Shown: positions 11,724 to 22,137 of the stretch, in pieces
Numbering within the stretch: the stretch's first letter is position 1
Layout: every line of letters starts with the position of its first letter
Source: an uncultured Planctomycetaceae bacterium
Lineage (GTDB): Bacteria > Planctomycetota > Planctomycetia > Pirellulales > PALSA-1355
Direction of reading: 5' to 3'
Length of the DNA: 64,000 bases
Assembly: GCA_963785305.1 (NCBI GenBank)
Contig: CAWAUV010000005.1
Coordinates: 192,001-256,000 of the forward strand
Position numbers and translations under genes: made by a program
Notes under the pieces: model-generated
Told to the model about the DNA's origin: nothing
Database searches by the model: none
What the model saw: the letters and a program-made list of their open reading frames with translations, nothing else

Positions 11724-13752
11724 TTACCAAATGCGGAACAGCACCTTGGTTTGCACCCAGGCGAAGAGGTCGTGCAGATAGACATAGCCGATCGGGGCGA
11801 GCCCGCAATTGATCTTGGCGTTGACCGTGGCCCCGGGGCGGCGGTCTTGAATATCGTTCTTGTCGATCGCCACCTTGACCAGCACCACATTGCCTTCGTC
11901 GCCCTGGGGTTCGGCCTTGGCGGCCACTTCCTTAATATGGCCTTGATGCTTCTCGCCCGGGTCGGTCGCCAGGATATAGGTGACATCGAGCTCGGGCTTG
12001 ATATCTTTTTGAGCTTCGACGATGTGGCCGATCTTTTCCTCGGGCATTTGCAGTTCAAGCTCCCAATCGCCGGTCGGGTCGGCGACGCTCATCAACACTT
12101 GCCCTTCGCGCACCGGGCGATGAATCAACAGATCGCGCACCTGCCAGGTGACGATCAGGCCATCGATCGGGCTCAGCACCTTGAGTTGATCGCGCTTCTG
12201 CTGGAGTAGCTTGAGTTGCTTGCCCAAGCTTTCGAAGGTCTTCATCAATTGCAGCAGTTGACCGCGGAGCCGGCTTTGCTCCTCGCTCGTGAGCTTGGGT
12301 TCGTCGACCAGAGTGCGGCGGATCGAAAGAATCTGTTCTTGCGTGCTGGTGCGCTGGCCGGCGATGTCGGTGTACTTCGACTCGAGATCGGTGTTGCGCA
12401 TCGTGGCCAGCAACTCGCCTTTTTTCACCGTCTGGCCATGTTTGACCGCCACATCGATCACCACGCCGTCGAGCGAGGCGAATACATCGCGCCGGATCGA
12501 GGGCTGCAAGGTTCCCTTGCTATCCAGATTGAACCGCCACGGCACGATCGCCAGCAGCCAAGAGCGCCACCAACACCGCGACCCCCACCGCGATCGTCTT
12601 GGGCAGTGTGCGGGCCTCGACGACCCATTTCGCCTTGCCAAGCTGCTCCCAAACCGGCATCAAAAACAGGCCGCGATGCTCGAGCGCGTTGGAGAGCGCG
12701 ATCGCGCTATGCTCGCTCACCACCTCGACCCGTTGCTGCAAGCCTTGCTTCGGCTGGCTGTCTTGAATTTGCTCGACGATGATCGCGCCGAACACTTCGG
12801 GCGGCTCGACGACCTCGTCGGTCGTCGTGGGCGGTTCTTGCGGGCGCTTGAGCGGAATGATGCCCACGGCCTTCGAGTGGGCCTCGTCGATATAGGCTTG
12901 CACCGCTTCTTCCACTTGCGGCGCCATGTGGGTGGTGTCGCCGGTGTACCACACGGTTTCGCCGCTGGCGGTGACGGCCGTGGCCAGTTCGCCCAGGAGC
13001 GTGACGATGTTCGATCGCTTGTCGAACAGGTCTTGTCCACTGACCGACTCGATCACGGCCCGCTTGCCGCGCACGATCGCGACGCTGACTCGGTCGCAAT
13101 CGATTAGCCGGCGGCCTTCGTTGGCCACGGTATAGGCGGTGGCGCGAACATCGAGACTGCGGTGCGCGAGCCGGGTAAAGTTTTCAAGCTGGGCCCACAG
13201 GGTTTGCCGATCGGAAAAATGCCGCAGCTCGCGAGTCTTGAGATAATCGCTCGCCAATTCGCACATCTGCAACACGAACCGCAAGTAGCCGCGTTGCACG
13301 TCGAGCGTTCCGCCCGGGCGCTGAAACACTTCGACCAGTCCCTGAATATCGGAGCCGCCGCGCAGGGGGCCGAAGACCATGAGCATGTCGGTGGTGTTGG
13401 CGCCTTCGGACTCATCGCCGGGGCCCGAGCGCGGGTTGACCAGCAGGCCCTCGGGGCAGGTCATGGCTTTTTGGAGCAAGAGGGCGTGGCGCCGCTGATT
13501 TTCCTCGCTTTCGGCCAGCCGGGTATCGCGAAGGTTGATCTGATATTGGAGCTCGAGCCGGCCATCGACCATCGTCCACACCGCGCCGCCGATCGCGGCC
13601 AGGGCTTGCACCACCCGGTTCAAGAGCGCGTCGTAAAACTCGAGCGGGGCGAGATCGGATTTCGAAAGCTGGGATATCTCTTTGACCAAGCCGCGAATCT
13701 GCTGCTTGGTTTGCTCGACGAGATCGGGATTGACGGACTGCTCGGTGCTCAT
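11724..13752 (-). CDS. GAF-domain-containing HlyD family adaptor (frameshift ~12555)
   Basis: N-terminal GAF-like region (TAYTVANEGRRLIDCDRVSVAIVRG), TM near LPKTIAVGVAVLVALL, then MFP (VFASLDGVVIDVAVKHGQTVKKG; VLSPIDG; RPGATVNAKINCG); joined ORFs 12520-13770 and 11724-12641. Confidence 0.85.
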
Positions 13753-14616
13753 GCTGCTCATTGTGCTCAAGGTCCGTCGTCGGGAACTTTAATTAAGAAG
13801 TGACAAGGGATGGCTCTCGGCCGGGGGGCGATCCGGTTGCGGCTTCCATTGCACTCGCAATTGCCGTTCCTGAAAATTAGCTTTCCCGAAGAATAACGCG
13901 AACGGCGATCAAAATGATACGCGAGCTTTGTTCTCGAAATATTTCGTTTTCGGCGTCCGAAGCTTGAATTCAGGCCCCCGGGGCGTGGCCGACGCATGCC
14001 CAGCCGTCGCGATAGGCTGAGTTTAGGTGATCGCGTAAGTTGTTGCTTAATAAGGCATTGCGGTGCTGCCTGCGGCCTGTCCCAGCCGCCAATCGCGGCG
14101 GCCTGAGCGAATTCGATCTCGAACCTCAAGTGTAGTCAATTTCGGGCGATTTGTCCCGGGAATCCGGTGACGAGGGGAATCTTGAATATCCTATTTCGCC
14201 CGATTGTTCTGCTCGTGAATAGCCGCCCGCGCCGCGGCCGAGGGCCGATTCCCAAGTTGAAACACCATGTCCCCATTTCGCCGTCGCCTTTTGAGACACC
14301 GCGGACCGGGCAATGGTTGCTTCGCGGCGACACCGGGACGCCGAGCGCGTTGCATGGTCGCCACGCCGACGCCCCCTCTCGGGCGCGGATCGAGGCCGAG
14401 CGCCAAATGCCGCTGGAAAGCGGCGCTCCGCCGCAAATTTTGCACGCGCGCCCGACAACGGGGACCGTTGTGACGCCACCCCCCAATGAGCAGCGTTCCA
14501 ACATCGGCGCCGCGAATACCCCGGCCGCTCTTTCATTGGCCCCAGGCGCCGCTCGCGGTACACTTGGAGCTCTTTCCGTTTTTTACTACGCAGCGAAGGC
14601 GGCAGTCGGTCGAATA

Positions 14617-15284
14617 ATGCGCGTTTTATTGCTGGACCATTTTCCGCTAGCCAGCTCCCCGAGCGGGCGGCATTTGCGCGAGATCGCCGATTTGCTGCAA
14701 GCCCGGGGCCACGAGCCGCGGGCACTGGTCGTTGGTCCCGAGCCCCAGCCGCGAGAGGCGTTTGACCTGCGAGTGATGACCTGCGGCGCGGGGGGACAAG
14801 GCGCCGCCGGAGCTGTCGAGCCCGATGTGCCGTTTGCCTTGCCCGGATTCACAGCCACGGCCGGGCAGCGCTTGTTCGAGGACCTTTCGGAGTCGGAATT
14901 GGCCGACTATCGCGAGGCGCTGCGGCGGCGGCTCGACGAGGAGATGGCCGACTTCGATCCGCAATTGATCCATGCCCAATATGTGTGGCTGGGCGGTCAA
15001 CTGGCGCTCGAATCGGCGCGCGCCTTATGTGCTCACGGCCTGGGGCCCGGAGCTGGACATCGCGGCCCGCGACCCGCGCGTATCAGGCGCTGGTGGATCA
15101 GGCGGCGGAAAACGCGAGCCGCATTCTGGCGGTGAGCGATCGCGTGGCCCGACGGCTGACGACGCGGTTCGACACGCTGGCCGACCGGGTGCTGACGGCG
15201 CCGCCCGAAAAGATTGAAAACGGCGCGAGCCTCGACCTGGTCTCCCTCTACGACCACATGCTCCGCGAACGCTACGGCTGCTGA
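14617..15284 (+). CDS. Glycosyltransferase family 4 N-terminal-domain protein (short; frameshift ~15020)
   Basis: MRVLLLDHFPLASSPSGRHLREIADLLQARGHE...FDPQLIHAQYVWLG...PYVLTAWGPEL...AAENASRILAVS. Confidence 0.65.
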
Positions 15285-15429
15285 ATGGAGAGCGGAGCGG
15301 CGGCTGGGCCCAATCCCTGCCCGCGGCGTAGACAAGGGGGCGCCACCATATCGGCGGTGGCCCCGTCGGTCCCTGTGTCATGCGCCATTAGAAATGTCCC
15401 CATTGTCGCGGCCTCGAAAGGAGGCGGCG

Positions 15430-16857
15430 ATGGAGACATGGACGATGAGCGTCAAGGAGTTGCGGCGTTTGGCCGCGTTTGGTCGCGTGCTGGATAAGAG
15501 TTGGAGTTTGGGCGAGGCGGCGCGGCAGTTGAAGATCAGCTATCGCCAGGCCAAGCGGTCGTGGTCTCGTTACCAGCGAGATGGGACGGCCGGCTTGTCG
15601 CATGGCCTGCGTGGCCGTGCTAGCAACCGTGGCCGGCGGAGCGAGCAACGGGAGCGGGCGTTGGAGCTGTTTCGAGAGAAATACGCGGACTACGGGCCGA
15701 CCTTGGCGGCCGAATGCCTGGCGAGCGAAGACGGCTTGCGGGTTTCGGCGGGCTCGTTGCGGCGGTGGTTGCTTGCGGCGGGACTGTGGACCCGGGAGCG
15801 ACGGCGGGCCAAGCACCGCCGCCGCCGACCGCGGCGTCCGCGGCTTGGCGACTTGGAGCAGATGGACGGCTCGCATCACGACTGGTTCGAGGGACGCCGC
15901 GGCTGGGCCGTGCTGATGGTCATCATCGACGACGCGACGGGCGCGATTTACGCCCGGTTCTTCGAAGCCGAGACGTTGGAGGCGGCACAAGAAACGTTTG
16001 GCCGTTACGTCCGCCGACACGGCTTGCCAGCGGGATTGTACGTCGATCAGGCTAGCATTTATCGTGCGGATCGCGAGCCGACGCCGGAGGAGCTGGCCCG
16101 CGGAAAGCGGCCTGAAACGCAGTTCGGCCGGGCCATGCGCGAGCTGGACGTGGAACTGATCCTGGCCCGCAGCCCCCAGGCCAAAGGTCGCGTCGAGCGG
16201 GTCAACCGCACGTTGCAAGATCGGCTGGTCAAGGCCTTGCGGCGATTCGGAATCAGCGACCTGACGAGCGCCAATGCGTTCTTGGAAGAGACGTTCCTGG
16301 GCGAGTTCAATACACAATTCGGCCGATCGGCGGCCGACCCCAGCGACGCCCATCGGCCGCTGCCGGCGGGCGTGGACCTCGATCGGGTTCTCTCGGCGCG
16401 CGAACTGCGCACGGTGCAGTTCGACTGGACGATGCGTTGGCGAAACCGTTTCTTGCAATTGCCCGCCGAGTCGGCGCCTTTCGTCCAGCCCGGCCAGAAA
16501 GTGGAGGTGTGCCAACAGCCCGATGGGCGGCTGCGGATTTTCTCGGGCGGCCGCGAGTGGACTTGGACAGCGGCTGACGTTCGTCCGCCGGCGGCGCGCA
16601 AGCGTCCGCAACGGACCGGACCGACCGGTTCGAGCCAAGGCCAACGCCCAGCCGCCAACCACCCTTGGCGGGGCCGGAAACTGCGCTCCCACGACCTTCC
16701 AAGAGCCCGATCTTGTCGCCACCGGATGACGACCCCCGGCCGCGAAAATTGGCTGCTATCACGGAGGCGAGCGCTAGCGAGCCGGAGTGATAGCAGCCAA
16801 TTTTTCCTTTTCCAAAAACCCCTTCAACCCTTTAACCAACGGGGACATTTCTATTGA
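15430..16857 (+). CDS. DDE transposase (ISNCY/IS1202 family)
   Basis: N-terminal HTH (SLGEAARQLKISYRQAKR); YADYGPTLAAE; QMDGSHHDW; IIDDATG; YVDQASIY; ARSPQAKGRVERVNRTLQDRL; PAANHPWR. Confidence 0.92.
   Translation: METWTMSVKELRRLAAFGRVLDKSWSLGEAARQLKISYRQAKRSWSRYQRDGTAGLSHGLRGRASNRGRRSEQRERALELFREKYADYGPTLAAECLASEDGLRVSAGSLRRWLLAAGLWTRERRRAKHRRRRPRRPRLGDLEQMDGSHHDWFEGRRGWAVLMVIIDDATGAIYARFFEAETLEAAQETFGRYVRRHGLPAGLYVDQASIYRADREPTPEELARGKRPETQFGRAMRELDVELILARSPQAKGRVERVNRTLQDRLVKALRRFGISDLTSANAFLEETFLGEFNTQFGRSAADPSDAHRPLPAGVDLDRVLSARELRTVQFDWTMRWRNRFLQLPAESAPFVQPGQKVEVCQQPDGRLRIFSGGREWTWTAADVRPPAARKRPQRTGPTGSSQGQRPAANHPWRGRKLRSHDLPRARSCRHRMTTPGRENWLLSRRRALASRSDSSQFFLFQKPLQPFNQRGHFY
16745..16804. 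repeat. Perfect 18-bp inverted repeat inside the IS 3' end
   Basis: AAAATTGGCTGCTATCAC (16745-16762) pairs with GTGATAGCAGCCAATTTT (16787-16804); 24-nt spacer; followed by a T-rich run. Confidence 0.85.
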
Positions 16858-16997
16858 ACGCCCAATGGGGACATTTCTAATGGTTGACAACAGGGCCGCG
16901 TCGGTCCCTGCTTCCCCGCTGGGGGGAAACGGATTAAGATACGGCCGGAATTTTCCTAAGTCGTATCGCGCCCGTTGTTTCTTGAGCGAGGACCACG

Positions 16998-18782
16998 TTG
17001 TTACGCACCCATACCTGCGGCGAGCTGCGCCGCGAGCATCTTGGCCAATCCACCACGCTTTGCGGCTGGGTCGATAGTTATCGCGACCATCGCGGAGTGT
17101 TGTTCGTCGATCTGCGCGATCGCTACGGCAAGACCCAAGTGGTGTTCGATCCCGATTGCGGCGCCGCCCAGGAACTTGCCCGCACGCTGCGGAGCGAGTT
17201 CGTCATTCGCGTCGAAGGGCGGGTCGAACATCGGCCCGAGGGCGCGACCAACGCCAAGATTCCGACCGGCGAGATCGAAGTGCGCGTCGAGCGGGTCGAG
17301 ATTCTCAACAAGAGCCTCACCCCGCCGCTCTTGCCCACCGGCCAGTCGCTGCCCAACGAAGACTTGCGGCTGAAGTATCGCTATCTCGACCTGCGCCGCC
17401 CGGAAATGCAAAACACGCTGCTGCTGCGGCATGCGATCGTGCGCGGGATGCGGAACTATTTCGACGCCGAGGGCTTTATCGATGTCGAGACCCCGATGCT
17501 CGGCCGTAGCACCCCGGAAGGCGCGCGGGATTACCTCGTGCCCAGCCGCGTGCATCCCGGCTCGTTCTACGCCCTACCCCAGTCGCCGCAGCTTTATAAG
17601 CAGATTCTCATGATCGCCGGCTACGACCGCTATGTGCAAGTGGCCCGGTGTTTTCGCGATGAAGACCTGCGGGCCGATCGCCAGCCGGAATTCACGCAGC
17701 TCGATGTCGAGATGGCGTTTGTCGATTCGGAAGACGTGATCGGCATTATCGATGGTCTGGCCGCGAAGCTGGCCCGCGACGTGTTGGGCCTGGAGCTTCA
17801 AACCCCGTTGCCGCGCATGACCTACGACGACGCGATGGAGCACTACGGCCACGACGCGCCCGACTTGCGGTTCGACATGCGGCTCGTCGACCTGACGGAT
17901 ATCGCGGCCCAAGTCGAGTTTCGCGTGTTTCGCGCCACGGCCGATTCGGGCGGCCGGGTGCGCGGCGTCAATGCTCGCGGGGCGTCGGCCAGCTATTCGC
18001 GCAAGGGCATCGACGAACTGACCGAATTCGTCGTCAAGGATTTCGGCGCCAAGGGGCTCGCCTGGTTCAAGGTCGAGGCCGATGGCTCGCTGGCCTCGCC
18101 GATCGCCAAGAATTTTACGGCCGCCGAGCTTGCGCGAATCTCGGAGCGCATGCAAGCCGCGCCGGGCGACCTGCTGCTCTTCGTGGCCGATCGCTTCGAA
18201 GTCACTTGCAAGGCGCTATATGGATTGCGAAAGCGATTCGGCGCCGAGCTCAAGCTCTACGATCCGGCGACGAAGCATTTCTCCTGGGTCGTCGAGTTTC
18301 CGATGTTCGCCTGGGACGAAGAAGAAAAGAGCTGGGCCGCGATGCACCACCCGTTTACCGCCCCGCGAAAGCAAGACATCGAACTGCTCAGTTCCGATCC
18401 GGGCAAGTGCCGCGCCCAGGCATATGACCTGGTGATCAACGGCTCCGAGGCCGGCGGTGGCACGATCCGGATTCACGACCCGGCCACGCAGGCCCGCGTG
18501 TTCGAGCTCTTGGGCATCACGGCCGAACAGGCGCGCGATCGGTTTGGGTTCTTGCTCGACGCGCTTTCCTATGGCGCCCCGCCGCACGGCGGCATCGCCC
18601 TGGGGATCGACCGCTGGGTGATGCTCTTCGGCGGGCTCGACAATATCCGCGATTGCATTGCGTTTCCGAAGACGCAGAAAGCGACGGATATGATGACCGA
18701 AGCCCCCGGCGGCGTCGACCCGCGGCAACTGCGCGACTTGGGCATCCAAATCCGCCGCGCGGAGGGCGCGGCGCCGCGTTGA
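16998..18782 (+). CDS. aspS: Aspartate--tRNA ligase
   Basis: [82 protein letters not shown]. Confidence 0.98.
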   Translation: MLRTHTCGELRREHLGQSTTLCGWVDSYRDHRGVLFVDLRDRYGKTQVVFDPDCGAAQELARTLRSEFVIRVEGRVEHRPEGATNAKIPTGEIEVRVERVEILNKSLTPPLLPTGQSLPNEDLRLKYRYLDLRRPEMQNTLLLRHAIVRGMRNYFDAEGFIDVETPMLGRSTPEGARDYLVPSRVHPGSFYALPQSPQLYKQILMIAGYDRYVQVARCFRDEDLRADRQPEFTQLDVEMAFVDSEDVIGIIDGLAAKLARDVLGLELQTPLPRMTYDDAMEHYGHDAPDLRFDMRLVDLTDIAAQVEFRVFRATADSGGRVRGVNARGASASYSRKGIDELTEFVVKDFGAKGLAWFKVEADGSLASPIAKNFTAAELARISERMQAAPGDLLLFVADRFEVTCKALYGLRKRFGAELKLYDPATKHFSWVVEFPMFAWDEEEKSWAAMHHPFTAPRKQDIELLSSDPGKCRAQAYDLVINGSEAGGGTIRIHDPATQARVFELLGITAEQARDRFGFLLDALSYGAPPHGGIALGIDRWVMLFGGLDNIRDCIAFPKTQKATDMMTEAPGGVDPRQLRDLGIQIRRAEGAAPR

Positions 18783-18980
18783 CGCGGTGCTCGAGCGGGG
18801 TTCTCGGGCCGCATTGACAGCGGGCATGGAACCTATGACACTAGTTGGGGGGCGCCGCGGCGGTCGTCGCGCGTTTTGCGGCGCTGGAGAGCTCGGCGAT
18901 CCGCCGGATTTTTTCGCTAGCGCGCGCTCGGACATCGTTCGGCCACAAGACATGGTTCGGCGCCAAGGGGAGAAGCCGTT

Positions 18981-19884
18981 TTGATTCGATCCGCATTTTT
19001 CGCCGCCTGCTCGCGCGGGCGGGCGCTGCCGCTTTCGGTCGCCGTGCTCGCTTTGGGCCTCGCCCAGGCCGGTTGCTCGCATTCCGAGCCAGCGCGAAAC
19101 CGGCCAGGCTTCCAAGAAAGAATCGGCGACGAGCGAAACGGCTTCCGACACGTCGGGCGCGGCGCACGAGCATGTCGAAAAGCCGGCGCCGAAAGCGAAG
19201 GAGTCGTCGCCCGAGTCTAGCGAAACAGCGATGCCGGAAACCGGTAAACCCGAGGCGACCAAGCCCGCCGGTGAAAAGCCGCGGGATCAAGTCGCCGACG
19301 CCAGCGGTAGAATTCCTCCGCCGACGAAGCCGACGCCTTCGGAGAAGACCGAGCCGGCCGACAAGATGATCGGGCACTTGAACCCGCTCGATCTGGTGAT
19401 GCCGCCGGTGCTGCTCAGCTCGCAGCAGACGGCCACTTGCCTGGTGAAGGTGGGCGATCAGTTTCCCGATTTGACATTGCCCGCGGTTGATGGCGAGGAA
19501 AAATCGCTCAAGGCCCTCTATGGCCCGCGGCTCACGATCATCGCCTTCTTCAAGGAATCGAATCCCTACGCGATCGAGGAACTGAACGATTTGACCCACT
19601 CGGTGGGGCCGCAATTCGCGCCCGAGGGCGTGAAGATGGTTGCGATCGATGTTCAGGACCCGGCCGAGAAGGTGAAGTCCACGGTCGAGCGGCTCGGGAT
19701 CACGTTTCCGGTGCTGCTCGACACCGAAGGCAAGGCTTTTCGTCAGGTGGCGACCGGTTATTTTCCCCGGACCTATGCGGTCGACGCCAGCGGCAAGATC
19801 GTGTGGTTCGATATTGAATACTCCCGCAGCACTCGCCGCGATATGCGCCGGGCGATGCTCACCACGCTGCACACCGGCCAGTAA
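18981..19884 (+). CDS. TlpA/AhpC-TSA redoxin-fold lipoprotein (frameshift ~19095)
   Basis: Lipobox LAQAGC; low-complexity linker; VKVGDQFPDLTLPAVDG, ITFPVLLD, FPRTYAVDASGKIVW; no CxxC. Confidence 0.75.
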
Positions 19885-19908
19885 CGCGCTTCCAAGGGTC
19901 GCCATCGC

Positions 19909-20841
19909 TTGACCGCACCGCCGAACGAGAACGTCGCTCTCGCGGCCAGCGCCGCCCTCGCCGCGCCCGCCGCAAGTGGAATTCGCGCGCCGTTGCGGGT
20001 GGCCCTGGCTCAAATCGCGCCTACTCTGGGCGACCAGCGGCGCAACTTAGAACTGCATTTGCAAACGATCGCTCGGGCCCGAACTGAAAACGCCGATCTG
20101 ATCATCTTTCCCGAGCTGTCGCTCACCGGGTATTTCCTCCGCGATATCGTGCCCGAGGTGGCGCTGCGGCGCGACGCTCCGGAGCTTCAGGCTTTGGTCG
20201 ATGCGGCGGCGCCGGCCGGAGTGATTTTCGGCTTTGTCGAGGAATCGCCGGGCCATCAATTTTACAACGCGGCGTATTTCGGCCAGCAAGGCCAGCCGCC
20301 GCGCGTGCATCGCAAGGTGTATCTGCCCACCTACGGACTGTTCGAGGAGCAGCGCTATTTCGCCGCCGGCCGCAGGATCGAAGCCTTCGACACGCCGCGC
20401 TTCGGCCGCGTGGGGCTCTTGGTGTGCGAGGACTTTTGGCATCTGTCGGCCGCGGCCATCATGCAGGCCGAGGAGATCGACTTGCTGGTTTGTCTGGCGA
20501 ATTCACCGGCTCGGGGCGTCGACGCCGCGCGGCCGCGCACCGTCGATGTCTACGATCGGCTCACGGCGGTGTATGCGCAACTGATCGGAGCGGCCGTGGT
20601 GCTGGTGAATCGCGTGGGATTCGAAGACGGTCTTTGCTTCTGGGCGCGAGCCGCGCCGTGGGGCCCGACGGAGGCGCTGATCGCCGAGGCGCCGCTCTTC
20701 GACGAATCGCTCACGATCGCCACGCTCGACCCGGCCGAGCTGCGCCGCGAGCGACTCATCACGCCGCTGGCCCGCGACGAACAATTGCTCGTGACGATCG
20801 AAGAGCTCAACCGCATCAAGCGGGCTCGCTACGGAGGGTAG
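19909..20841 (+). CDS. Nitrilase-family amidohydrolase, probable glutaminase subunit of NAD synthetase
   Basis: E-K-C triad motifs FPELSLTGY, HRKVYLPTYGLFEEQRYF, LVCEDFWH; adjacent to nadE. Confidence 0.85.
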   Translation: MTAPPNENVALAASAALAAPAASGIRAPLRVALAQIAPTLGDQRRNLELHLQTIARARTENADLIIFPELSLTGYFLRDIVPEVALRRDAPELQALVDAAAPAGVIFGFVEESPGHQFYNAAYFGQQGQPPRVHRKVYLPTYGLFEEQRYFAAGRRIEAFDTPRFGRVGLLVCEDFWHLSAAAIMQAEEIDLLVCLANSPARGVDAARPRTVDVYDRLTAVYAQLIGAAVVLVNRVGFEDGLCFWARAAPWGPTEALIAEAPLFDESLTIATLDPAELRRERLITPLARDEQLLVTIEELNRIKRARYGG

Positions 20842-20863
20842 AGCGAAGACCCGGAGAGATTTG

Positions 20864-21059
20864 GCCACGGAAGGACACGGAAACAACACGGAAAAAAACA
20901 CGAGTTATATTTCGGCGTGAACTGGCTTTGAATGCATGGGAAGGATGGGATGAAGAACGAGACGCATCCTCGGTAATGACTTTGAAACGCGCGACGGCGC
21001 CGAAACAACGCGCTGGAAATAACTTCTAATTCCGTGTTCGTTCCGTGTCCTTCCGTGGC
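20864..21059. repeat. 196-bp element bounded by 30-bp inverted repeats built of CACGGAA units
   Basis: GCCACGGAAGGACACGGAAACAACACGGAA (20864-20893) vs reverse complement of 21030-21059 GCCACGGAAGGACACGGAACGAACACGGAA, 28/30 identical. Confidence 0.85.
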
Positions 21060-21144
21060 GACTCGTATTATTTCCCTATCTCCGCCATGTCCTCCGCGAT
21101 GTCGTTAATCATGCCGCTGTTCCTGGAAAGCGATTGCCTCGTCG

Positions 21145-21986
21145 ATGGATGAATCGATGGCCCACCCGCCCAGTCTGGCGATCGACGCCGGGCTGGTCAC
21201 CGAGATCCTCACGCGGTTCATCCGCTCCGAGATCACGCGCGCCGGCTTCGGCCGCGCCGTGCTGGGGCTCTCGGGCGGCATCGATTCGACCGTGGTCACT
21301 TTTCTGGCGGCCCGGCGCTTGGCCCGCGCAATGTGCTGGCCGTGACGATGCCCTATAAAACGTCGAGCGACGCCACGCGCCGCGATAGCCAGGCCGTGGT
21401 CGACGCGCTGGGGATTCAAGCGCTCGATGCGCCGATCACCGACCCGATCGACGCCTATTTCGCCCGTCAGTCGGGCGCCACCAAGATGCGGCTGGCCAAC
21501 AAATGCGCCCGCGAGCGAATGACCGTGCTCTACGACCAGAGCGCCGCCTTCGAGGCCCTGGTCTTGGGCACCAGCAACAAGAGCGAGCTGCTCTTGGGCT
21601 ACGGCACGCAGTTCGGCGATATGGCCTCGGCGATCAATCCGATCGGCGATCTCTACAAGACTCAGTTGCGCGTGCTGGCCGCGCACTTGGAAGTGCCGGC
21701 CGCCGTGCTCGACAAGCAGCCCACCGGCGACCTATGGGTCGGCCAGACCGACGAAGGCGAGCTCGGCTTTTCCTATGCCGAAGTCGACCGCCTGCTATTC
21801 CTGATGGTCGACCGCCGCTGGCAACGGGCCCAGCTCGTGGCCGCGGGCTTTGGCGAGGCGTTCGTGGAGCGCGTGGCCGAAATGGTCCGCCGCAACCATT
21901 ACAAACGCCGCCTGCCAGTGATCGCGAAGCTAAGCCACCGCACCGTCGACCGCGACTTCCGCTACGCCCGCGACTGGGGAACGTGA
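21145..21986 (+). CDS. nadE: NAD+ synthetase, synthetase subunit (frameshift ~21325)
   Basis: LGLSGGIDS PP-loop, NKCARERM, GTSNKSELLLGYGTQFGD, NPIGDLYKTQ, PTGDLWVGQTDEGELG. Confidence 0.93.
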
Positions 21987-22137
21987 GCCGACGACGTTGG
22001 CCCCATGCGCGATCGGACCACGATTCCGAGGAGTATGTTATCGCGCCGCGGACGATCGAAATCGGAGCTGGGTCCGCGCGAAGCGTGAAGAACCCGTGGA
22101 TGCTCGTGAAAGGCGGTCGCGCCGAAGCGACGAAACA

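Larger units (their letters stand above)
15374..16892 (+). mobile_element. Insertion sequence, ISNCY/IS1202-family-like
   Basis: Ends TGT(G/TG)TCA..CCATTAGAAATGTCCCCATTG inverted at both sides; GGGGACATTTCTA doubled at the right end (16841, 16867); near-identical 16-bp flanking direct repeats; single DDE transposase. Confidence 0.9.

Noticed and set aside
14034..14062. dif/Xer-like site
   Set aside because: Only an imperfect dyad with a poor match to XerC/XerD arms
19909..21986. Idea that the inverted-repeat element split a formerly fused Gln-dependent nadE
   Set aside because: Both genes have their own natural-looking termini outside the element, and removing it does not obviously restore one frame
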